Assembly (NCBI GenBank): GCA_046758965.1
Contig: JBHIBG010000084.1
Span: 1-12,209, forward strand
Source: Candidatus Methylomirabilia bacterium
GTDB lineage: Bacteria; Methylomirabilota; Methylomirabilia; Rokubacteriales; CSP1-6
DNA length: 12,209 nucleotides
Direction of reading: 5' to 3'
Positions 7,673 through 12,209 of this stretch are shown here, piece after piece. Position 1 is the first letter of the stretch; every line of letters begins with the position of its first letter. The translations under genes and the position numbers were made by a program. The notes under the pieces are model-generated. The model was not told the origin of the DNA, did no database searches, and saw nothing but the letters and a program-made list of their open reading frames with translations.

Positions 7673-8826
7673 GGCTCTTTGTCTTTGCTGGGCTCCTCCT
7701 CTTTGCCGCGTCGATCTTCTTCCTGGGGGAGCGGGGAAGATACTTTGCCCCTCAGCACCCGCTCAAGGCGTTCTTCACCAGCGTAGCCGGCCTGCGCGAG
7801 GGGGCGCCCGTGCGCCTGGCCGGGGTGGCAGTCGGCCGGGTGACCGGGATCCGACTGCCGAGTCCACCGCAGCGCAAAGTGCTCGTGGAACTGAATGTGG
7901 CCGGGGGGGCGATCGAGAACGTCCGCCGGGACTCCGTCGCCCGGGTCGAGACCGTGGGGTTCTTGGGGGACAAGTTCGTCGAAATCAGCGTCGGGAGTCC
8001 TCAAGAACCCCGCCTTCCCGACGGGGCGACCCTCCGGGTCGATGACGCGGCGGAGTTCAGCACCCTGGTCGGCCAGGGGCAGCGGGTGCTCGGGCACGCG
8101 GAGCGGATCGGCGCCTCCCTGCATACCATGCTCGCGACGTTCAAGGAGGCCCGAACGGCCGAGGCCATCGCCGGTGCGGCGCGAACCCTCGAGCGGCTTG
8201 CCGGATCTCTAGAGCGGAAAGAAGGGGCCCTGCCCTGGCTCATCAAGGACGCCGAGGGCAAGCGGCTGATTGCCGAGACGATCGGGTCCGTCCGGGCGGT
8301 TGCCGCCGCGCTGGAGAGAGGGGATGGGGCGCTGCCCTGGCTGATTCACGAACCCGCGAGCCGACGCTTCGTGCAGGACCTCGCTCGTAGCGCCGAAGCG
8401 CTAGCGGCCCTCTCCAGCGAGGTCAAGAAAGGTCGGGGCCTGGCTCATGGCCTGATCTATGACCCAGAGGGTGGCAAGATGCTCGAACAGGCGTCGCGGA
8501 CGCTCGGGGAACTCCACTCGCTGCTCCGGGCCATCCAAGACGGCGATGGAGCGGTCTCCGCCCTCCTTTCTGATCCGAAGTCCAGGCAGCTGGTGGAGAA
8601 TCTCACGGAAGCCTCCCAGCATCTCAAAGAGATCAGCGCGAAGATCGCTCGCGGCGAGGGGACCCTCGGGGCATTGCTTGTGGATCCCACCCTCTACGAG
8701 GATCTGACGGCGCTCCTGGAAGGCGCGCGGCGAAGCTGGATCCTCCGCTGGGTGATCCGCAGCACCCTGGAATCAGGCCAGGACGCTCAGAGACAAACCG
8801 GAGACGGCGTAGCGAGCAGAAAATGA
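7639..8826 (+). CDS. mlaD: MlaD/MCE-domain protein with a long helical repeat extension
   Basis: N-terminal TM helix; MCE motifs FTSVAGLREGAPVRLAGVAVGRV and GFLGDKFVEI; five (G/K)xG.L..L..(D/E) repeats spaced 34, 37, 37 and 37 aa. Confidence 0.92.
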   Translation: MEPRSNVKGVVGLFVFAGLLLFAASIFFLGERGRYFAPQHPLKAFFTSVAGLREGAPVRLAGVAVGRVTGIRLPSPPQRKVLVELNVAGGAIENVRRDSVARVETVGFLGDKFVEISVGSPQEPRLPDGATLRVDDAAEFSTLVGQGQRVLGHAERIGASLHTMLATFKEARTAEAIAGAARTLERLAGSLERKEGALPWLIKDAEGKRLIAETIGSVRAVAAALERGDGALPWLIHEPASRRFVQDLARSAEALAALSSEVKKGRGLAHGLIYDPEGGKMLEQASRTLGELHSLLRAIQDGDGAVSALLSDPKSRQLVENLTEASQHLKEISAKIARGEGTLGALLVDPTLYEDLTALLEGARRSWILRWVIRSTLESGQDAQRQTGDGVASRK

Positions 8827-8885
8827 AAGCGACCGTTGCCCGTCTTCGCATTGTTGCCGAACTACCACGGAAAGGAGTGTGTGCG

Positions 8886-9515
8886 ATGAAGGCAGTGTGT
8901 GGTGTAGTGACCTTGGTCCTCGCCCTCAGCGGATGTGCCAGCGGACCACTGACAACGCGCGAGAGGACCACCCTCGGCGGTGCTGCCCTTGGGGCGGGGA
9001 CCGGGGCGCTCATCGGGGCCGCATCGGGCGGCAAGGCAGGGATCGGGGCGCTCATCGGAGGGGGGATCGGGGCGCTGAGCGGGGCCCTGCTGGGCGACCA
9101 GTTACAGAAGGTGGAGCGCGAGCGAGGGGTTGCGGCTTACCCTCCACGCCCCGCGGTCGGACAGGCCCACGCATCAACTCGGGCAGGTGGACTGCCTCAG
9201 ACACCGCGCCAGGGGGTGGCCAGCAGATCCTCGGGTGACCCTACGAGAGGCGAGTTTATCAACGGCACGCCGTGGATCGTCCGCGTCTATGTCGACCCTA
9301 ACCCGAACAACGTGGAGGCGACCACGCCAGTGGTGCTCGCGCCCAATCAGGTGGTGCCCTGGAATCTCGATATTGGCACGCACCGGACCATCGCCCGGGC
9401 GTACGTCAACACTCAGTTCGGGGAACGGCTGGTGGGCCGGTTTGATCGGACGATCCAGATTGAGTCGCGCAGACCCGGCTGGTTCCTCAAATTGGAGGCT
9501 AGCAGCTTTCGGTGA
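8886..9515 (+). CDS. Glycine-zipper lipoprotein with an unassigned C-terminal beta-rich domain
   Basis: AAAGGAG RBS before ATG 8886; lipobox LSGC; GGAALGAGTGALIG..GALIGGGIGALSGALLG glycine zipper; Pro/Ala linker. An in-frame ATG at 8823 overlapping mlaD is an alternative start. Confidence 0.8.
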   Translation: MKAVCGVVTLVLALSGCASGPLTTRERTTLGGAALGAGTGALIGAASGGKAGIGALIGGGIGALSGALLGDQLQKVERERGVAAYPPRPAVGQAHASTRAGGLPQTPRQGVASRSSGDPTRGEFINGTPWIVRVYVDPNPNNVEATTPVVLAPNQVVPWNLDIGTHRTIARAYVNTQFGERLVGRFDRTIQIESRRPGWFLKLEASSFR

Positions 9516-9793
9516 GGTAGTCCCGAATCAGGCGCAGACTTCGCGTCGTGGGCCATGAGTTTGCGTCCAGCCTCGCTCTAGTACCGCAATCTTGCAACCA
9601 TCGCGTCGCCCCCCTTCTGCGCAGCTGTTTGGCTTCGCTGGTCAGGTCGCTTCTGGGACCACCAGGAGTCCAGAAGGGTTAGGGCGACCGATCTCTCGCT
9701 CAGGGGAGTTCCCGCTCTTTCTCGGAGGGACTGTCAACAACGCGAGCCTGTGGACGTGGCACCCGTGTGATACACGGAACAATTCGCCGCAGG

Positions 9794-9843
9794 AATCGGG
9801 TAAACCTCCCCCACGGACGTCCGGCGGATCGGGCAGAATGGCC
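9794..9843 (+). promoter_or_regulatory. Paired candidate enhancer (bEBP) binding sites upstream of sigma-54 promoter 1
   Basis: AATCGGGTAAACCTCCC (9794) and GATCGGGCAGAATGGCC (9827), starting 91 and 58 bp before TGGCAC; they match the pair at 11776/11808. Confidence 0.65.
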
Positions 9844-9884
9844 GCCGGCGCGCGCAAGCTCCCGGAAATCCTACCTGAAGGGGC

Positions 9885-9900
9885 TGGCACCGGGCTTGCA
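9885..9900 (+). promoter_or_regulatory. Sigma-54 (RpoN) -24/-12 promoter upstream of the ECF sigma gene
   Basis: TGGCAC-CGGGC-TTGCA, exact TGGCAC-N5-TTGCW consensus. Confidence 0.8.
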
Positions 9901-9957
9901 ACGGTTAGAGGCGTGCATCTACACCGACGCGACCCCTATACCGCAGGATTCTCAGGC

Positions 9958-10659
9958 ATGAATGGAATTGTCAGGCCCGGCGCCAGCGTGACTCGTTCGG
10001 CAGTGGGAACGGATCATCCCGTGACAGAGACGATCCGCCAAGATCAGAGGCTCGTAGAGGCACTTCAACGCGGTGAAGAGAGCGCGGTGGAGGAGTTCGT
10101 CGATCGCTACGGAAGCAGGATCCATCGGGTGGCTCGCCGCCTGCTCGCCGACGAGGGAGAGGCCGAAGAGGTGACCCAGGATGTCCTGCTCACCGTAGTT
10201 CGGAAGATCCAGACGTTCAAGGGCGAAGCGGCGTTTTCAAGCTGGATCTACCGAATCTCGGTCAACGCCGCCTATCAACGACTGCGCTCCAGGCGGGCGC
10301 GGGCAGAGGTATCGCTGGAATCGTTCCTTCCCGTTTTCGATCAGGAGGGGCGCCACGCCCACCCGGTGGCGGACTGGTCAAGCCAGCTCGAGGACCCCGC
10401 AGTGACCGCTGAGGTGAGAGCGGCCATCGAGCAGAGCTTCCGTCGGCTCCCGGAAGAGTATCGGATCGCGACCCTGCTCCACGACGTCGAAGGGCTTCCC
10501 AACCAAGAGGTCGCCGCCGCGTTGGGCCTTACCGTGGCCGCGGTCAAGTCCCGCGTTCATCGGGCCCGACTCTTTCTCCGCCAGGAACTGGCCCACCTCT
10601 TCAAGCCAGCTCGCTGCCCGGCTCGTCGGAAGCGGTCAGGGGCATCTCCGCTGGGCTAA
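9958..10659 (+). CDS. ECF-type (sigma-70 group 4) RNA polymerase sigma factor
   Basis: Region 2 EAEEVTQDVLLTVVRKIQTFKGEAAFSSWIYRISVN; region 4 LPEEYR..LLHDVEGLPNQEVAAALGLTVAAVKSRVHRAR. ATG 9958 (AGGA upstream, downstream of the sigma-54 promoter) is preferred over 9592; GTG 9988 and 10021 are alternatives. Confidence 0.93.
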   Translation: MNGIVRPGASVTRSAVGTDHPVTETIRQDQRLVEALQRGEESAVEEFVDRYGSRIHRVARRLLADEGEAEEVTQDVLLTVVRKIQTFKGEAAFSSWIYRISVNAAYQRLRSRRARAEVSLESFLPVFDQEGRHAHPVADWSSQLEDPAVTAEVRAAIEQSFRRLPEEYRIATLLHDVEGLPNQEVAAALGLTVAAVKSRVHRARLFLRQELAHLFKPARCPARRKRSGASPLG

Positions 10660-10869
10660 GAACGCCAGCATGCGCTCTCTGAGCTTTGGAGGAAGCTCCT
10701 CTTCCCTGAGCTGGCGAGTGGTACGCACCGTGCTGCGGTAAGTGTTGATGAACGCCGTGCACTCGTGACAGTCTGCCAGGTGGGCCTCCAGGGCCCGGGC
10801 CGTACCGGGATCCAGCTCTCCATCGAGGTACGCCCCGAGGAGGTCCACGAGATCTCGACAAGAACGCAC
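10636..10869 (-). CDS. zf-HC2 (ZAS) zinc-finger anti-sigma factor, soluble, 77 aa
   Basis: C...VDLLGAYLDGELD......LEAHLADCHEC (HxxxCxxC) followed by the typical 'LPPKLRERML' helix; no TM segment. Confidence 0.9.
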   Translation of the reverse strand: MRSCRDLVDLLGAYLDGELDPGTARALEAHLADCHECTAFINTYRSTVRTTRQLREEELPPKLRERMLAFLAQRRCP

Positions 10870-10909
10870 GAGAGTCTGCCCCCTACCCGAGATAGCCTAC
10901 TTCTTTCCG

Positions 10910-10980
10910 TAAGAGCGCAACAGCCCCGCGAAGGATTCGGGAATTTCGTCGAATCTTCTCGTGCGCCGCTGCCATCGTAT
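10910..10980. promoter_or_regulatory. Candidate bidirectional ECF-type promoter, copy 3
   Basis: Plus strand GAATCTTC (10951-10958)-N14-CATCGTAT (10973-10980) towards 11043. Minus strand GAATC (10938-10934)-N20-CTTA (10913-10910) towards the anti-sigma gene. Confidence 0.7.
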
Positions 10981-11042
10981 AGGTATCAGAGCTGATCCGT
11001 CCGGACATACTCGACACCATCTTACCAAAGAAAGGAGGCACC

Positions 11043-11663
11043 ATGAAGTCAGTGAACCTTGTTTCCACGGTCCTGGCGGGCACCGCTGGCACCTTCGCCA
11101 TGACCGTCCTGATGTACGCTGCTCCCCTGATCGGCCTTCCCCCCATGGATCTCCTCCAGGCTCTCGGGGGCATGTTCCCGCTGGGGGTCTCTCCATACGT
11201 GGTAGGCGGTCTCATGCACCTCGGGATGGGGGTAGCACTGGCGCTCCTCTATGCGCTCGTCTTCGAGCGCATTCTGCCGGGCTCTTCCTGGGCCCGGGGC
11301 GCCCTGTATTCACTCCTGCCCTGGCTCTTCGCCATCAGCCTGATGAGCCCGGCCATGGCTTGGCTTCAAGCTGCCGTGAACCCACCCGCCCAAGCTCAGA
11401 CAGTGGTGAATCCCTGCGCGACTTCAAGCTCGGTCAATCCATGCGCGGCGAGGCCCGCAGCGCAGCCAGCCAATCCGTGCGCGATCCAGCCGAAGGCTGT
11501 CAACCCGTGCGGAGCCGTCGCCCCCACGCCGGCCAATCCGTGCGCCGTGGTTCCCTCTGGGGCTCAAGAAGTTCCGAGCCCATGGCTCGTGCGGATAATG
11601 AGCCTGGTGGCCCACCTGGTCTATGGCGTCGTCCTGGGAGGCCTGTATCGCCGACGGGTATAA
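11043..11663 (+). CDS. Four-helix membrane protein (DUF6789-like) with an inserted Cys-containing NPC-repeat loop
   Basis: AAAGGAGG RBS; hydrophobic helices with AGTAGTFAMT, GGLMHLGMG and SLVAHLVYG; low-complexity loop with five NPC motifs. The family name is from recognition, not a search. Confidence 0.8.
   Translation: MKSVNLVSTVLAGTAGTFAMTVLMYAAPLIGLPPMDLLQALGGMFPLGVSPYVVGGLMHLGMGVALALLYALVFERILPGSSWARGALYSLLPWLFAISLMSPAMAWLQAAVNPPAQAQTVVNPCATSSSVNPCAARPAAQPANPCAIQPKAVNPCGAVAPTPANPCAVVPSGAQEVPSPWLVRIMSLVAHLVYGVVLGGLYRRRV
11379..11546 (+). repeat. Coding repeat (V/A)NPC(A/G) x5 plus one degenerate VNPP
   Basis: NPPAQAQTVVNPCATSSSVNPCAARPAAQPANPCAIQPKAVNPCGAVAPTPANPCA. Confidence 0.9.
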
Positions 11664-11775
11664 AGAGCCACCGAGGGCTTCGATCCCCGATCGCTGCAGC
11701 GTCTCCTGGGACTGTCGTAGATCATCCCGGGGACGAGATCCAGATCAGGACCGGGCTCCCTTGTTACCTCTGGCT

Positions 11776-11824
11776 GATCGGGCAAAACGCCCTAGCGAGC
11801 GCCCGCAGATCGGGCAAAATGCAG
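11776..11824 (+). promoter_or_regulatory. Paired candidate enhancer (bEBP) binding sites upstream of sigma-54 promoter 2
   Basis: GATCGGGCAAAACGCCC (11776) and GATCGGGCAAAATGCAG (11808): an exact 12-bp direct repeat, 91 and 59 bp before TGGCAC. Confidence 0.7.
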
Positions 11825-11866
11825 AACAGGTGTCCGGGAACTATTTGAAATGCCATGCTTAGCCCG

Positions 11867-11882
11867 TGGCACCGGCTTTGCA
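11867..11882 (+). promoter_or_regulatory. Sigma-54 (RpoN) -24/-12 promoter upstream of the QAPR-repeat gene
   Basis: TGGCAC-CGGCT-TTGCA, exact consensus; followed by GGAGG RBS (11926-11930) and ATG 11938. Confidence 0.82.
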
Positions 11883-11937
11883 TCTCGAAAAGGCAACAGA
11901 AGCAGAACACCCTCAATACAAAGACGGAGGACGCAAG

Positions 11938-12209
11938 ATGAGGCGAGTATTTTCGATTACCCTGGCGGCCCTGCTGCTGGCCGGACCCACATTCGCAGCC
12001 CCCAGGACTCAGGAGGAGATCCAGGCGCCCCGCGTTGACGAGGAAGTCCAGGCCCCTCGGGTCGAGGAGGAAGTTCAGGCTCCGCGCTTCGAGGACGAGG
12101 TCCAGGCGCCTCGGGTTGACGAGGAAGTCCAGGCCCCTCGGGTCGAGGAGGAAATTCAGGCTCCGCGCTTCGAGGACGAGGTCCAGGCGCCCCGCGTTGA
12201 CGAGGAAGT
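11938..12209 (+). CDS. Secreted acidic tandem-repeat (QAPR) protein, partial; runs off the window and is absent from the ORF track
   Basis: MRRVFSITLAALLLAGPTFA signal peptide, then APRTQEEIQ APRVDEEVQ APRVEEEVQ APRFEDEVQ APRVDEEVQ APRVEEEIQ APRFEDEVQ APRVDEE. Strong RBS; synonymous codon variation between units. Confidence 0.88.
   Translation, partial: MRRVFSITLAALLLAGPTFAAPRTQEEIQAPRVDEEVQAPRVEEEVQAPRFEDEVQAPRVDEEVQAPRVEEEIQAPRFEDEVQAPRVDEE
11998..12209 (+). repeat. 27-bp coding tandem repeat, about 8 units, with an 81-bp higher-order period
   Basis: Units cycle VDEE / VEEE / FEDE; for example gtccaggcccctcgggtcgaggaggaa recurs 81 bp apart. Confidence 0.95.

Noticed and set aside
9645..9689. 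Possible hairpin or ncRNA (GGTCGCTTCTGG...CCAGAAG...GCGACC) in the long intergenic region
   Set aside because: Interrupted stem, no U-tract and no recognisable riboswitch or sRNA motif; an Rfam or covariation search would be needed.
9757..9777. TGGCAC at 9757 as a third sigma-54 promoter, with inverted repeat CCGTGT-gat-ACACGG
   Set aside because: The -12 position reads TGAT, not TTGC; the 6-bp inverted repeat alone is weak evidence.
9592..9957. 122-aa N-terminal extension of the ECF sigma in the ORF track
   Set aside because: Not protein-like and contains the sigma-54 promoter and its upstream sites; the true start is probably 9958 or later.
3139..11327. Composite transposon or invertible element bounded by the inverted copies
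   Set aside because: The copies are diverged gene paralogs, not IS ends; no transposase or recombinase in the window and no target-site duplication seen.
11998..12209. Tandem repeats as a CRISPR array
   Set aside because: No unique spacers; the 27-bp period is in frame with synonymous variation behind a signal peptide; no cas genes.

Overview
GC-rich bacterial chromosomal segment. The gene mix suggests Methylomirabilota (NC10/Rokubacteria) or a similar diderm; this is inference only. Left (1-2979): lipid/envelope genes, namely a possible MMPL/HpnN-like N-terminus, a DAGK/YegS-family lipid kinase, a class I SAM methyltransferase and an HpnL/LPG-synthase-like flippase. 3139-4564: a decaying patch holding a frameshifted inverted copy of the 10636-11327 segment (membrane-protein gene plus zf-HC2 anti-sigma gene) and a panC pseudogene. 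4793-9515: a + strand envelope cluster with a TIGR04073-like secreted protein, a His/Tyr/Gly-rich lipoprotein, a second lipoprotein, mlaE-mlaF-extended mlaD(MCE) and a glycine-zipper lipoprotein. 9958-12209: an ECF sigma factor, a convergent zf-HC2 anti-sigma, a membrane protein with NPC repeats and a secreted acidic QAPR-repeat protein. The most notable signal is non-coding. Two consensus sigma-54 promoters share paired upstream sites at near-identical offsets (before the ECF gene and the QAPR gene). A motif GAATCTTC-N14-CATCGTAT occurs three times (before the Mla/Mce cluster, the NPC-repeat gene and its pseudogene), each time with a back-to-back GAATC-N20-CNTA on the other strand. Together these suggest a bEBP/sigma-54 -> ECF/anti-sigma cascade controlling an MCE transporter and low-complexity exported proteins.
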